This document shows, in pieces, positions 29,097-40,190 of a stretch of 64,000 bases of DNA. Within the stretch, counting starts at the first letter, position 1. Every line of letters starts with the position of its first letter. The notes beneath the pieces are model-generated. The model searched no databases and was not told the origin of the DNA. It was given only the letters and a program-made list of their open reading frames with translations. The translations under genes and the position numbers were made by a program. The stretch is from a virus (lineage: Duplodnaviria; Caudoviricetes): positions 1 through 64,000 of IMG/VR virus record IMGVR_UViG_3300032320_001009, one strand, 5' to 3'.

Positions 29097-29918
29097 TTGA
29101 GTACACAAACAGATATAACTGTTAAAGGGTCTGAAAATCCAGAACTAATTAATAGCATGGTTGCACAGGCTTTGGCTAACGATAAAACGGAAGTCAAGCC
29201 AGTCACCATCATGCCTCCTTCTGACACAGTAGTGACCCTCCCTGGCGGATATTTAACATTCGCTGGGGAGGTTGTCAAAGAGGTAGAAGTACGTGAACTA
29301 AACGGTAAGGATGAAGAAGCAATTGCTCGTTCTACTAGCGTAGGAAAGGCACTGCTTCTAATCCTAAACCGTGGAGTAGTTCGTATTGGTGAAGAAAAAG
29401 CCACAGACTCCATGATTGATTCGCTTCTTGCGGGTGACCGTGACTACCTAATGATTGCTATTTATAAGGCAACCTTTGGTAACGAGGCTATTCTTCAAGG
29501 AATTTGCGGGGAATGTAACGAGATTAAAGATGTCAAGATAAACCTTGACACAGACATCAAGGTTCGTCCTATGGCAAATGCTTTAGAGCGTAAATTTACT
29601 GTGGATTGCAAGGTAGGTCCTGTAGAGATTGCTCTTCCAACAGGGCATACTCAAAAGGATTTGGTCAACAACTCTGACAAGACTGTTGCTGAATTGACCA
29701 CTATTTTGCTAGAAAATTGTGTCAACACAATTGATGGCAATGATGTGCTTGGAAAAGCACAGGTTCAAAATCTCGGGCTCAGTGACCGTAAGGCTATTGC
29801 AGAAGAGATTAACAGACGAAATTTTGGTCCACTATTCGATAATGTCGCAGTCACATGTCCCGACTGTGAGAGCGAGGTAATCGTTCCCATTAATCTGGGC
29901 ACGTTATTTCGTATCTAG
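29097..29918 (+). CDS. tail assembly chaperone / T4 gp26-like hub assembly protein
   Basis: Between tube and tape measure. VRELNGKDEE, LLAGDRDYL, CGEC and CPDC motifs. Confidence 0.7.
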   Translation: MSTQTDITVKGSENPELINSMVAQALANDKTEVKPVTIMPPSDTVVTLPGGYLTFAGEVVKEVEVRELNGKDEEAIARSTSVGKALLLILNRGVVRIGEEKATDSMIDSLLAGDRDYLMIAIYKATFGNEAILQGICGECNEIKDVKINLDTDIKVRPMANALERKFTVDCKVGPVEIALPTGHTQKDLVNNSDKTVAELTTILLENCVNTIDGNDVLGKAQVQNLGLSDRKAIAEEINRRNFGPLFDNVAVTCPDCESEVIVPINLGTLFRI

Positions 29919-30057
29919 TACAACCGACTATTCGTCTTTGTTGGCGGAGTATCTGGCACTGTCAGACCGTCATCAAGGATGGACACTTACTGAGATAAAG
30001 ACGTTATCAGTAAGAGAACGTCGAAATTGGATTGAACTCGTTCGAGAAGGCTATTAG
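29881..30057 (+). CDS. second chaperone ORF (+1 frame; gp51/gpGT-like extension), probably reached by frameshift
   Basis: The +1 frame is open 29881-30057 (…DYSSLLAEYLALSDRHQGWTLTEIKTLSVRERRNWIELVREGY*) with no ATG or SD. It overlaps the end of the upstream ORF at TTT-CGT. Confidence 0.65.
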   Translation, partial: SFPLIWARYFVSSTTDYSSLLAEYLALSDRHQGWTLTEIKTLSVRERRNWIELVREGY

Positions 30058-30067
30058 GAGATGACAA

Positions 30068-32716
30068 GTGGCAGGTGAAGTTAACGACTCGTTGGCGCAA
30101 ACCAACAAAGAGTTAGACGACATTGTAAAAAAACTTGCTGGCATTGAAAAGTCACTTAAATCAATAGGTGGCGGTGCTAGTAAGGTTCCTGGTGCTGTCC
30201 GTGGGGCTACAAAAGGTGGTGGCGATAGAGGTATAACTGCTGGTTCAACTAGCATGATGCCTCAAATGGAGAAGGTTTCTTTCTCCGAAAATGTTGACAC
30301 AGACATTGTTGGTCGCAGCAAAGAGACCTATAGCCGTCTCGGATTAGGAAAGTTCACCCCCAGCGACAGGATGCTTGGAGTTGCTCAAGGAGCAACGCAG
30401 ATAGGCATGGGCCTTATTGGTGGTGCGATGATGGGTTCCCCTAGCGCAAACTCAGTACTGTCAAGTTCTGCAAATTACTTTGGAGCATCTTTACGTTCAA
30501 GTGGTTTGGGCTATCAGCAAATTACTGCTATGACCATGAAAGGTCTTGGTAATTTAGGAATTACTGGCGAACAATCTCCAGGAGCAACTGCAGCAATGCT
30601 TGCTGCTCGTGGTGTTATGCCAGGGTCTTCTCAATACAACACCTTGCTTCGTGAAATTGGCGGTGCTGCTCGTGGCTATAACATGGCTAACGAGAATGCA
30701 GCCCTTGCTCTTTCGGGATTAACACAAGGCCCTATGAGTGCTCGTTTGTATGGCGCAGGTATTAGTACATATAACGCACAAACACAACAGTTCCGTGGTG
30801 GAACTGAGGTATTCCAACAAATTTATGACCGCATGACTATGGGTCGACCAAAAGCAACTTTGCAACAAACTATGAACAGTATTCAAGGAGGGTTTTTACA
30901 GCAAACCGCTTCAGATTTAGGTATGTCAGAAGACCAAAAACAGTTGTTCTACCAGTTTGCAGTTCAAAAGGCTGGCGGAAAAGAATCAGACTTAGCAAAA
31001 CTAGGTGTAGGAGATAACCCCACAACTTCTGCAAAGCGAATTGTTCAATCTGACGTAGAAACGTTGAATTCTTTTGTAAAACCTGTTCTTAAGGGGATGG
31101 AAAATGCTGCTGATATTGTAGAGGGAGCAAATAGGCAACTTCAAAGGTTTGCAGACCAACTTGGTTACGTAAGTGGCTTAATGGGAGGTCTTGGACAAAG
31201 CCGTGTAGGTGGCGGTTTAGGGGCTATGGTTGGAAGTTTTATAGGCGGTGCTGGGACCATTCTTTCAGGATTAGGTTTAAAAAGTTTGTTCTCAAAAGGC
31301 AAAGGTGCACCAGCAGCGACTGGTCCCGCTGCATCAAATGTTGCTAAAGCAAGTAAATTAACAGGGTTTTTAAAGTTCTTAAAGTTTTCTCCTTTAATTG
31401 GCGTAGGTGCTGGTGGTTCTTTCACAGTTGACCCAGAAACTGGGGAAAAAACACCAAGCAAATCTGGATTGCAAGAACTTATGGAGTGGCTAGAAAGTCG
31501 CGGTGGTTCAGGTGGAAGCACCAATACTCCTATGGGTGGTTCATTCGGCGGTGGAACACCAGGTGGCTCTAATGCAATTGCTCCGATTATGGGTGGAATT
31601 GTAGGAACTCCTTATGGCGCAAAAGGAAAGATGTGGAAGGGCTCTCACACAGGTGATGACTACCCAACTCCAATTGGTACACCTGTAGTTGCAGCCATGG
31701 ATGGAATTGTTTATAACGATAACCCTGGTCAGGCATACGGAAAAACCGTACAGATTGACCACGGCAATGGGTATCAAACTTTGTACGGTCACTTATCAGA
31801 GGTCATGGCATCTGTTGGTCAGTCAGTTAAAAAGGGACAGACAATTGGTAAATCAGGTGACACAGGAAACGTAGATGGTCCTCACTTACACTTTGAAGTA
31901 CGTCGCGGTAAGAACAACCCTGTAAATCCAAAAGAACTTGTAGGCAGTTCTTCTTTAGGAAACGGCCTTGTAGGTGGAGCGTCTTTAAGCGTAGAAACAG
32001 AAGGGCTCAAGAGTTCTGAAGTACAACTATCTAAGTTATTTGGCTCAGGTTCAACTAACGCTCTTTTAAAAGCAGGTGTAACAACTGGCGGTTCTTCCTC
32101 AGTTGGCTCTGCAAGTGCTGGAGGAACATCAAGGGTTATTCTCGGCACAGGTAGCGAAAAAGAGTGGGCTACAGGTCTACTACAAAAAATGGGTGCACCT
32201 GTTAATGAAAGTTCTATTGCTGCTCTTACAACGTGGATGCGTCATGAAGGCGGTCACTGGAAAAATAGCGCAAGTTACAACCCGCTAAATACAACTCTTG
32301 ACATGAGTAACAATGAGTCAATGAACAGCGTGGGCGTTAAACGCTACAAGTCTTGGGAAGAAGGTTACGCTGCAACTATCGGTACTCTTACTGGAAATAA
32401 AGCAGATGAGCGTGGATACACAGCAATTGTAAATGCTTTGAAGAGTGGTGCATCTACTGAATCTATTCTTGGAGCAATTAACAACTCTGCTTGGATGACG
32501 GGAAAAACAGGAAAAAACCCTTACAAATTCCAAGGTGGACCCGCAAGTCTTAGTGTTGCAACTCCGTCAGTAAACAGCGGTGGTGGCAGTGGTGCAACTG
32601 TCATTATTAATGCCACATTTGGAAAAGCGACAGAGGCAGAGGCATACCAACTTGTTCGACTTGTTAAGTCAGAACTCGAAAAAGACTCTTCTCTTAGAAC
32701 GATGGGTAGGTCATAA
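30068..32716 (+). CDS. tape measure protein with M23 peptidase and C-terminal lysozyme-like domain
   Basis: Ala/Gly/Gln-rich helical N-half. M23 motifs [18 protein letters not shown]-terminal WMRHEGG...YNPLNTT...YKSWEEG. Confidence 0.85.
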   Translation: MAGEVNDSLAQTNKELDDIVKKLAGIEKSLKSIGGGASKVPGAVRGATKGGGDRGITAGSTSMMPQMEKVSFSENVDTDIVGRSKETYSRLGLGKFTPSDRMLGVAQGATQIGMGLIGGAMMGSPSANSVLSSSANYFGASLRSSGLGYQQITAMTMKGLGNLGITGEQSPGATAAMLAARGVMPGSSQYNTLLREIGGAARGYNMANENAALALSGLTQGPMSARLYGAGISTYNAQTQQFRGGTEVFQQIYDRMTMGRPKATLQQTMNSIQGGFLQQTASDLGMSEDQKQLFYQFAVQKAGGKESDLAKLGVGDNPTTSAKRIVQSDVETLNSFVKPVLKGMENAADIVEGANRQLQRFADQLGYVSGLMGGLGQSRVGGGLGAMVGSFIGGAGTILSGLGLKSLFSKGKGAPAATGPAASNVAKASKLTGFLKFLKFSPLIGVGAGGSFTVDPETGEKTPSKSGLQELMEWLESRGGSGGSTNTPMGGSFGGGTPGGSNAIAPIMGGIVGTPYGAKGKMWKGSHTGDDYPTPIGTPVVAAMDGIVYNDNPGQAYGKTVQIDHGNGYQTLYGHLSEVMASVGQSVKKGQTIGKSGDTGNVDGPHLHFEVRRGKNNPVNPKELVGSSSLGNGLVGGASLSVETEGLKSSEVQLSKLFGSGSTNALLKAGVTTGGSSSVGSASAGGTSRVILGTGSEKEWATGLLQKMGAPVNESSIAALTTWMRHEGGHWKNSASYNPLNTTLDMSNNESMNSVGVKRYKSWEEGYAATIGTLTGNKADERGYTAIVNALKSGASTESILGAINNSAWMTGKTGKNPYKFQGGPASLSVATPSVNSGGGSGATVIINATFGKATEAEAYQLVRLVKSELEKDSSLRTMGRS

Positions 32717-33975
32717 TGCCTGGCAAAATCCAAGTTAAATATGACCTTGCACTTAAAGACTACAAATACGCTGAAGAGCAACGCCGTTTCTTTAAGAAAA
32801 GGGTAGAAACAACTAAAGATAGCGTTCAAGATATTGAAGCAAAGGTTGCTAAAAACGCAAAAGACTTAAAGTCTGCTAATACCGCCTACAAAAAAGCAGG
32901 AGATGCCCTAATTGCAGACCCTAGTAATGCAACTAAAAAAGCAGCATATAAGACCGCTCAACTTAAAGTACAAGATTTAGAACAACAAAAGGGAGCACTA
33001 AGTTCAAGACTTAATGTTGCTAAAAGTTCTTTGTCTTCATACAACAGTGTTCTATCAAAACTTACTGACATCACAAATAAAACCAGCAACGGTCTTCTTG
33101 ACACTGGTGGTAATAACAACACAAATGGGGAAAACGCTTCTGGTGGACCTACTACAATTGCAAAGTATTACTACAATGCCCCAGCAGCAAAGAGTATTTA
33201 CTTCTCTAGTTCAACAGGCAACTCTCTTCAAACAAGCCTGACAAAAGCACAAAAAACTTTACCAACAACCATGTTAAACGCTTTAAGTGATGCTTTTAAA
33301 AGCCCTAATGGAAATCGTGGAGCAATTCAGATGTACTCTGAAACTGCAAAGCACCTTAAAACAAGGTTTAAAGACGTTAAGCAGGTAACGTATCAAGACC
33401 TTAACCCTTATGGATTTAGGTTTCACTACAACCCAACAAGCGTGAGCCTTACCTACGGCTCTATGGATAAAATGTCTCCTGAACTTATGCGAGATGAAAT
33501 GCAGGTGTTTAACCCTGTTACTCCTATTAACGTGGGTGGTGTTAGTTTTGAACTGTATTTAAATCGTATTGATGACCTTTCATTTATTCAGTCTAACGGA
33601 ACTTTGTCTTTAGGTGGAACAACATTTGGGTCTACAGACTTATACCCAGAAGAAGTAGATGCAACACAACTAAAAGAGATTTATCGCAAAGGAACGATGT
33701 ATGACCTTGAGTATTTGTTCCGTGCACTTCACGGTGGTCAAAATGATTACAACAGCATTATGCGAGGCAAAACTTCTGACATAGGTTGGATTGCTCGTGT
33801 TCCAGTTGAAGTTCACTTAGGAGATGGGCTTCGTTATTTATTATCGCTTAATAGCATCGGAGTTAACCATATTTTGTTTAACGATAGAATGGTTCCAATG
33901 TTGACTGTAATAACTATTTCAGGTTCAAGGTTTTTTGACATGCCACTGCCTAAGAAGAAGGAGAATAGGGATTGA
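32716..33975 (+). CDS. tube-initiator/baseplate hub-associated protein with N-terminal coiled coil
   Basis: Follows TMP; FRFHYNPTSVS, FELYLNR, DLEYLFR resemble CIS tube-initiator proteins. Confidence 0.6.
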   Translation: MPGKIQVKYDLALKDYKYAEEQRRFFKKRVETTKDSVQDIEAKVAKNAKDLKSANTAYKKAGDALIADPSNATKKAAYKTAQLKVQDLEQQKGALSSRLNVAKSSLSSYNSVLSKLTDITNKTSNGLLDTGGNNNTNGENASGGPTTIAKYYYNAPAAKSIYFSSSTGNSLQTSLTKAQKTLPTTMLNALSDAFKSPNGNRGAIQMYSETAKHLKTRFKDVKQVTYQDLNPYGFRFHYNPTSVSLTYGSMDKMSPELMRDEMQVFNPVTPINVGGVSFELYLNRIDDLSFIQSNGTLSLGGTTFGSTDLYPEEVDATQLKEIYRKGTMYDLEYLFRALHGGQNDYNSIMRGKTSDIGWIARVPVEVHLGDGLRYLLSLNSIGVNHILFNDRMVPMLTVITISGSRFFDMPLPKKKENRD

Positions 33976-34250
33976 TTTTTTTAGATAGCAGATATGCAGA
34001 TGGAACAATTTTTAAAGCGTATAACACTACTAAACTGCAATACGACCTTACTGTTCTTCGTAAGTTTCCAGACGTGTTAACCCCCGTTGTTTACTATCAA
34101 TGGGTAGAGGGAGACCGTATCGATAGGGTTTCTGCTAAATACTTTGCTGACCCAGAGTATTGGTGGCAAATTATGGATGCTAACCCTGAAATCTCTAACC
34201 CATTTGAAATTGCCCCTGGAACAGTTCTGAGGATACCAAATGTCTCTTAA
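33972..34250 (+). CDS. LysM/tail-X-like baseplate protein
   Basis: YQWVEGDRIDRVSAKYFADPEYWWQIMDANP...GTVLRIP. Confidence 0.8.
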   Translation: MIFLDSRYADGTIFKAYNTTKLQYDLTVLRKFPDVLTPVVYYQWVEGDRIDRVSAKYFADPEYWWQIMDANPEISNPFEIAPGTVLRIPNVS

Positions 34251-35502
34251 TAATCTTCCAGAAGGAGAACAGTCGCGGTTTAATACCACGTACTCTGTTT
34301 CATTTCCTGAGTTTCCTACATTTAAGTATCAGCCATACAAAATCACTATCATTCAAGAAGAACGTAGTCATGATATTGCTGTGCTTCGATTCCAGAGACA
34401 AACTAACTGGTATCACAAAGCACTAAAGACGGGAACTTTGGTCAAAATTACTTGGCAAAATAATAGAAAAGCCAAAGGTTCGTTTTATGGACACGTAATT
34501 TCTTACAAAAGAACTCGTGCTGCTCAAGTAGACCATGAAATTGAGATTCGCTGTGTTGCTGCCTCTTTTCCTCTTAAAGACAGTGTGGCTAATACTTGGG
34601 TAAATAAAACAGTTCCAGAAATTGTTCAAAGCATTGCAAAAAAAGTAAAAATGAAAGCAATAGTAACTCCGCATCAGGGAAGATTTGCTCAAATATCTCA
34701 ATACGGCATGTCCTATTGGGAATTCTTACATGAATTAGCCTACAAAGTTGGTTATGTGGTTTGGGTGGAAAACACTACTATTTACTTTAAGTCTTTTGAT
34801 GAGATTATTCAAAAGAATGTTGGAGCAATTCCTCTTTTAAAGTTTTCAGACGACTTTATTCCACCCTTTCACTCACTTGTTGAAAGAACGCTAGACAAAT
34901 TTGAACCAATGATTAGTGACTTTGTAGAAGACTCAGACCAACCAATTCGTTCTGGTAAAACCTTGACGGGTGTAGACCCCATCACAGGAAAGTCATACTC
35001 TTCAGTTAACAAAGCAACAAAAAGCATCAAGAAAACTGCTGCCCAAGTAATTTTTACAGACAACTCTAGCCTTGATGTTGCAAATAGTAAGTCTTTTGCG
35101 GATTCCCTTACTAAAGCAAAAGCAGAAAAAACGCGGTTTCAAATGCCAGCCAGTTTTTACGCTCAAGGTGACCCACGTATTCGCCCCTTTAATCTTGTGG
35201 AGATTCTAGGCGTAGACTCAACCACAGATGGCTATTGGTTAGTCAGGTCTGTCGTTCATACCATGACTAAAGATGGGCATTACTTTGCAGATGGAGTCGT
35301 AGTAAGCGATGGGCGTGGTGAAACGGTTTCTTTGCAAAAACGTGCCAAAGGAAACGCCATGATGCCCGCACTCAACCTTACAAACTTTGGAAACGGCGAT
35401 AACCTGTCACTTCCCGCAAAACCTACTCCGTCAAAAAATGTATTTATGTACAACGAGACCCAAAGTGGGTACACGATAACTAACCAGACTTGGAAGGTTT
35501 AA
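34240..35502 (+). CDS. baseplate hub protein (gp27/gpD-like)
   Basis: NKTVPEIVQSIAKK, QYGMSYWEFLHELA, GDPRIRP...VEILG...DGYWLVRSVVH. Confidence 0.75.
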   Translation: MSLNNLPEGEQSRFNTTYSVSFPEFPTFKYQPYKITIIQEERSHDIAVLRFQRQTNWYHKALKTGTLVKITWQNNRKAKGSFYGHVISYKRTRAAQVDHEIEIRCVAASFPLKDSVANTWVNKTVPEIVQSIAKKVKMKAIVTPHQGRFAQISQYGMSYWEFLHELAYKVGYVVWVENTTIYFKSFDEIIQKNVGAIPLLKFSDDFIPPFHSLVERTLDKFEPMISDFVEDSDQPIRSGKTLTGVDPITGKSYSSVNKATKSIKKTAAQVIFTDNSSLDVANSKSFADSLTKAKAEKTRFQMPASFYAQGDPRIRPFNLVEILGVDSTTDGYWLVRSVVHTMTKDGHYFADGVVVSDGRGETVSLQKRAKGNAMMPALNLTNFGNGDNLSLPAKPTPSKNVFMYNETQSGYTITNQTWKV

Positions 35503-35503
35503 C

Positions 35504-35905
35504 ATGGCTGAAGTCGCTATCTCTCTTCCGTTTGCATTAAACGCTTACGGCTCAATCAACTTCACTACATCCCAGTCTAAACTTTGGTCTGACCGTGTTC
35601 TTTCTGTTATTGGTACGTTGGTAGGAGAAAGAGTGATGGACCCTACTTTTGGGACAGAGATTCCAGAAAGCCTGTTTAACTCTACAGAACGAATGCAAGA
35701 AGTCATTCCAGTAGAGGTTCAAAAGGCATTTTCAACATACCTACCAGCATTAACTTTGGTAGACACTATAATTAACACTGACCCAACCAATGGAAGCGTT
35801 TATCTTGACATTGTGTACGGGTTACCAAATGACGAACAAACTAACACTGTAGTAGCACTGGTGGCTATTGCAGGTAAAAACCCACCAGTTGAGGAGTACC
35901 TATAA
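35504..35905 (+). CDS. baseplate wedge subunit (gp25/GPW-like)
   Basis: ISLPF, VIGTLVGERVMDPTFGT motif. Confidence 0.85.
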   Translation: MAEVAISLPFALNAYGSINFTTSQSKLWSDRVLSVIGTLVGERVMDPTFGTEIPESLFNSTERMQEVIPVEVQKAFSTYLPALTLVDTIINTDPTNGSVYLDIVYGLPNDEQTNTVVALVAIAGKNPPVEEYL

Positions 35906-37446
35906 TGGCTGACGAAACACCCGTAACGGTTGACTATACAAATCGAGATTACTACGCAATTCGTTCTGAATTGATTGCTCGTATTCAAGACAGAATCCCC
36001 GATTGGGCTGGAAACGACAACGCTGACTTTGGCCTTGCTTTAGTAGAAGCGTTTGCCTACATGGGGGACATCGCTAACTATTACATTGACCGAGTTGCAA
36101 ATGAGCAGTTTATTGCCACAGCAACCCAACGCGACACAATTTTAGCAATTGCAGAAACTTATGGATATGCTCCATCAGGTTACAAGAACGCTACTACTTT
36201 TGTTACCTTTTACAACAACTCAGGAAGTATTGTAACAATTCCTGCAGGAACTCGTATACAAGGCGAAGTTATTACTGATACCTCAGTTAAAGTAATTACC
36301 TACTCAACCTTAGAAACTATTCAAGTTCCAGCATTTGCTAGTGGTGCACGAGGTGAAGAGTTCACCCTTTGCGAAGAGGGAGAGTACAACACTGTTGAAG
36401 CAGGGAATGTTTATGGTGCTTTGCTGGGTAGTTCTGATGGAACATCAGACCAAACATTTGATATTGATGACGACCCTGTAGTAGCCGACAGTATTGAGGT
36501 GTATGTTGAAAGTGGAAACACCTTTAAAAAGTGGACTAAAGTCCAACATTTAATTGACTTTGGACCAAATGACAGCGTGTTTACAACTCGTTACGATAAA
36601 AATAATCGACTTTTTGTTTTGTTTGGAGACGGTATCTCTGGAGCAATCCCTACTGTTCACGCAGCAGTTCGTGTTAAATACACTGTCGGAGGTGGAAGTG
36701 TAGGAAATGTTGCAGCAGGAACACTCGATAACCTTGTATATGTTCCAGGACTTTCTGAGGCTCAAATTGCTGCACTTTCAGGTGTAATAGATGTAGCCAA
36801 TCTTGACTCTGCAACAGGCGGTTCAGACCCTGAATCAAATGATTCTATTCGCCGTAATGCTCCAAAGTTTCTTCGTACAACAGGTCGTGCAATCACTTTA
36901 GAAGACTACGAGAACCTTGCTCTTTCTGTAGATAACTGCGGTAAAGCAAAGGCTGTATCTAGCGGTTGGACATCAGTAACTTTGTACATTGCACCAGAAC
37001 GTGATGACAATGATGGTGACGCAACCCCAGGTGTAGATAACGTGGGTGCTGCAACTATTGAATGGACAAACCTTCGCGACACCGTTGTCTCTTTCTTATC
37101 GGATAGAACTTTGGCTGGAGTATCTTTAACTATTACACGTCCAACTTATGTTCCAGTAACTATGAACATTCAATACGCACGTGACCCTCAATACACAACA
37201 GCAGTAGCAGAGGGCAACCTTCGTTCTGCTTTAGTTGATAACTTTAGTTATAACTACGTTAATTTTGGCGAACTTGTTACTGCTCAAGACATTGAATTTG
37301 TTGTGCAAAACATTCCTGGAATTACACGAGCCAAATGTCAGTTCCTCTTTAAGAGTGGTGGCACACCAAGCCTTTCTCAGATTCAAGCACTTGATAATGA
37401 GGTTCTTGTATTTAGCGAAGCAGATATTCTTCTTGAGGTCTTGTAA
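35905..37446 (+). CDS. baseplate wedge J-like protein (gp6/gp47-like)
   Basis: VDYTNRDYYAIR, LVEAFAYMGD...YYIDRVANE, YTVGGGSVGNV, GGSDPES, RAITLEDYE. Confidence 0.88.
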   Translation: MADETPVTVDYTNRDYYAIRSELIARIQDRIPDWAGNDNADFGLALVEAFAYMGDIANYYIDRVANEQFIATATQRDTILAIAETYGYAPSGYKNATTFVTFYNNSGSIVTIPAGTRIQGEVITDTSVKVITYSTLETIQVPAFASGARGEEFTLCEEGEYNTVEAGNVYGALLGSSDGTSDQTFDIDDDPVVADSIEVYVESGNTFKKWTKVQHLIDFGPNDSVFTTRYDKNNRLFVLFGDGISGAIPTVHAAVRVKYTVGGGSVGNVAAGTLDNLVYVPGLSEAQIAALSGVIDVANLDSATGGSDPESNDSIRRNAPKFLRTTGRAITLEDYENLALSVDNCGKAKAVSSGWTSVTLYIAPERDDNDGDATPGVDNVGAATIEWTNLRDTVVSFLSDRTLAGVSLTITRPTYVPVTMNIQYARDPQYTTAVAEGNLRSALVDNFSYNYVNFGELVTAQDIEFVVQNIPGITRAKCQFLFKSGGTPSLSQIQALDNEVLVFSEADILLEVL

Positions 37447-37946
37447 TGAATGGAGACTCCCTTAAGTTTTACGGGATATACCGTGGGGTTGTCATGAAGA
37501 ATAAAGACCCAGAAGGTCACCGCCGTATACAGGTAAAGATTCCACAACTTGGTGGAGGCGAAACCATTACACAAGACTGGCCTTGGGCTTGGCCTCTTTT
37601 TGTTGCTGGGCAACGCCCATACATTCCTGAAGTTGGAGAGGGTGTTTGGATTCAGTTTGAGGCAGGTGACCCTGCTTACCCAATTTGGATAGGTTCATTT
37701 GGTAAAAACTTACAACAGAATAGGCACATCAATATTGAGCCTGTTCCCAATACTGTTGACCTAGCCCCACTAACTGGGTATGTAACGGTGGCTCGTCAAA
37801 ATGACGGGACTAATGAAGTTGACCTTATGGCAACCATTTTGGCTATGGCTAATAAAATCAAGGTTTTAGAGACAAGCCTGGCTCAAGTTAAAACTACATT
37901 GGCTACTAGAACTACACAAAACCATACCCACACCAGCAATGGTTAG
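37446..37946 (+). CDS. baseplate spike (gp5/GpV OB-fold)
   Basis: GIYRGVVMKNKDPEGHRRIQVKIP, WAWP, PEVGEGVWIQFEAGDPAYPIWIG; HTH at the C-terminus. Confidence 0.85.
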   Translation: MNGDSLKFYGIYRGVVMKNKDPEGHRRIQVKIPQLGGGETITQDWPWAWPLFVAGQRPYIPEVGEGVWIQFEAGDPAYPIWIGSFGKNLQQNRHINIEPVPNTVDLAPLTGYVTVARQNDGTNEVDLMATILAMANKIKVLETSLAQVKTTLATRTTQNHTHTSNG

Positions 37947-38008
37947 TGGTTAAGGCAGTCAAACCTCTTTAAACCCGAGAAAATAGCAAGGTAGATTAGG
38001 AGAAAACA

Positions 38009-38674
38009 ATGCCCGCTGTATACCCATCAGGGGTCAAGTCCTTTCAAAGTAAAACGGACTTTACCGACATCATTTTGGCAGAGCACGTTAATGCTATCCA
38101 AGAAGAAATTACTGCAATTGAAGCATCGGTTGGTGTATCACCAAACGTATCGGGCGGATATGTAGGTGCATTTGATGACACCACAGTTACCTTTGCAACC
38201 CTTTCTGCTCGCATTGCTAACATCGAAAAAGGTATCAAAGGCGATGTACATAATCAATACCTAAAATTTACTGGTGGCACAATTCAGCCAGCCAACTCTG
38301 GCACAGTTCCCCTTACCCTCCAAGGATTTACTAGCCAAGCAGCAGACTTGCTTAGATTTACAACATCTGCTGGTTCGGTTTTAACCAAAATTGATAAAGA
38401 TGGAAAAGTAATTGTCAATAACCAAGAACTAAAGCCAATTCTTATGGGGTCTACCCAACCAGATGCTGTTGCTCTTGGATTACCTACAGGAACAATTTGG
38501 GTTGATTCAGACTCAACTCCTGCCGTACTTGCTGCCGATACAACACTACAAATCACAGGAGGAACCCTTACAGGAGACCAAGCACTTACATCCCGTCTTC
38601 GTAACATCACGGTCTCAACTTCAGACCCAACTGGTGGTAATAACGGAGACATCTGGATTAAGTACATCGCGTAA
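38009..38674 (+). CDS. minor tail / fibre-base protein
   Basis: SD AGGAG; HVNAIQEEITAIE coiled coil; ends GGNNGDIWIKY. Confidence 0.6.
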   Translation: MPAVYPSGVKSFQSKTDFTDIILAEHVNAIQEEITAIEASVGVSPNVSGGYVGAFDDTTVTFATLSARIANIEKGIKGDVHNQYLKFTGGTIQPANSGTVPLTLQGFTSQAADLLRFTTSAGSVLTKIDKDGKVIVNNQELKPILMGSTQPDAVALGLPTGTIWVDSDSTPAVLAADTTLQITGGTLTGDQALTSRLRNITVSTSDPTGGNNGDIWIKYIA

Positions 38675-38683
38675 GGGATACAC

Positions 38684-39907
38684 ATGGCTATCGGCTCTAG
38701 AGTATCGGGTAACCTTAAGTCTGCTTCTGGGCTATTTGCAAAAGTAAATGGCGGTTGGAAGAAGGCTCAATTCGGCTATGTAAAAGTTGAAGGTGAGTGG
38801 AAGCAATTTTGGGCAGACAAATTAGAGGATGACTTTGGTCGAGCAAATACGCAAAGTGGTTTAGGTGTTGCAATTTCTGGTCAGGCTTGGTCTGTCTTAA
38901 GAAGTTTGTGGCAAATTAAAGATAACGCTGCTAATACTACAGGAACTAAAACAGACTACCCATTAGCGAATGTTGAATTAGGATTTATAGATTTTGAACT
39001 TGAAGCAAACGAATTAACGCCAGGAACAGGTGTTGCAGTACGTGTTGAAGACGCAAACAACTGGTGGGGAGTTCTTCCGTTTTACAACCAAACTGCTGAG
39101 TCTTACTCATACTGTGTTCAATCTGAAACTGTTTCGTACTGTATTCAAGCATGTACTGAACCCTACGATTACACTTTGCGGTGTGACCCGCCCAATACTT
39201 TAACTTCAGGGGACATTTACGACTTTTATTGTCCTGCTGGTTATGTAATTGGTGAACGAATTGAGTTAGTTGACACGGGTGAGGTCGGATGTACTGGAGG
39301 CGGGTACGTCTTAGAGTGCGAAGACGTAGAGACTTGCGTAAACAAATGTGTTAAATATGGCTCACGTGGACAATGTATTGACAGAGATATTGTCTGTACC
39401 ACTAAACGCGTCTGTGGTTATGTCAAGCAAGAACCAGTCTGTGAGCCCATCTTTGAGGAACGAATCGTAGAGTTTGAGTACTGCCCAGGTGGTGAGGCAT
39501 ACGGTGTAGTGGGAAGTTACCAGGAGTGTGGTCCCGATGGATTTACTAATGTTCCTTTGTACGCTTGTTGCTTTGCTGGCACTTATGAAAGATGCGTTCA
39601 ATCAGCCACAGGAATTAACTACACAAATTTCTACTATTTACAGGTAGTTAAAATGGTTGACGGTGTTTTTTCTGTTGTAAGTTCTGTTGAAGTCCCTTCT
39701 CGATGGAGTGCCGTAAAGGTTGTAGGAAACCTCAACACTTTGACTGCAACGGCGTATACTGACAGCCTATACACAAATGCTATAGGCACATTTACTACAA
39801 ACACCTTTACTTCAGCGGGTACGGGATATGGGGTAATGTCACGTGCAAGTAATTTTGAAGATGCTCGTACAATAGGTTCGATAAAAGTAAAAGCGTTAGG
39901 ACAATAA
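38684..39907 (+). CDS. tail-associated protein with 18-Cys insertion
   Basis: KVNGGWKK/KVEGEWKQ N-terminal fibre-type repeats. The beta-sandwich body has no Cys; all 18 Cys lie in 39113-39595. Confidence 0.7.
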   Translation: MAIGSRVSGNLKSASGLFAKVNGGWKKAQFGYVKVEGEWKQFWADKLEDDFGRANTQSGLGVAISGQAWSVLRSLWQIKDNAANTTGTKTDYPLANVELGFIDFELEANELTPGTGVAVRVEDANNWWGVLPFYNQTAESYSYCVQSETVSYCIQACTEPYDYTLRCDPPNTLTSGDIYDFYCPAGYVIGERIELVDTGEVGCTGGGYVLECEDVETCVNKCVKYGSRGQCIDRDIVCTTKRVCGYVKQEPVCEPIFEERIVEFEYCPGGEAYGVVGSYQECGPDGFTNVPLYACCFAGTYERCVQSATGINYTNFYYLQVVKMVDGVFSVVSSVEVPSRWSAVKVVGNLNTLTATAYTDSLYTNAIGTFTTNTFTSAGTGYGVMSRASNFEDARTIGSIKVKALGQ

Positions 39908-39908
39908 T

Positions 39909-40190
39909 ATGGAAAAAAGACCTTGGGATATTTGGAAAGAAAAACAGGCTGGTGACTCTGTTCGTCCTTGGGATTTAGTTAACCCAAAAATTGGAAGGGT
40001 AGATGCCGAGACTTACGAGTATAGATACACCAACCACTGTTTAAATTGCCCATTCCTTATTCAAGCCACTAAGACTTGCAAGAAATGCGGTTGCTTTATG
40101 ACTAAAAAGGCTGAATTGCCTCATGCTTCATGCCCCATAGGTAAATGGGGTTCTGTTACAGTATCTACCGAAGGAGAATCAAATGACTGA
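39909..40190 (+). CDS. small Cys-rich protein (DUF6171-like)
   Basis: CLNCPF...CKKCGCFM..K..L..ASCPIGKW; N-terminal RPWD repeated twice. Confidence 0.7.
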   Translation: MEKRPWDIWKEKQAGDSVRPWDLVNPKIGRVDAETYEYRYTNHCLNCPFLIQATKTCKKCGCFMTKKAELPHASCPIGKWGSVTVSTEGESND

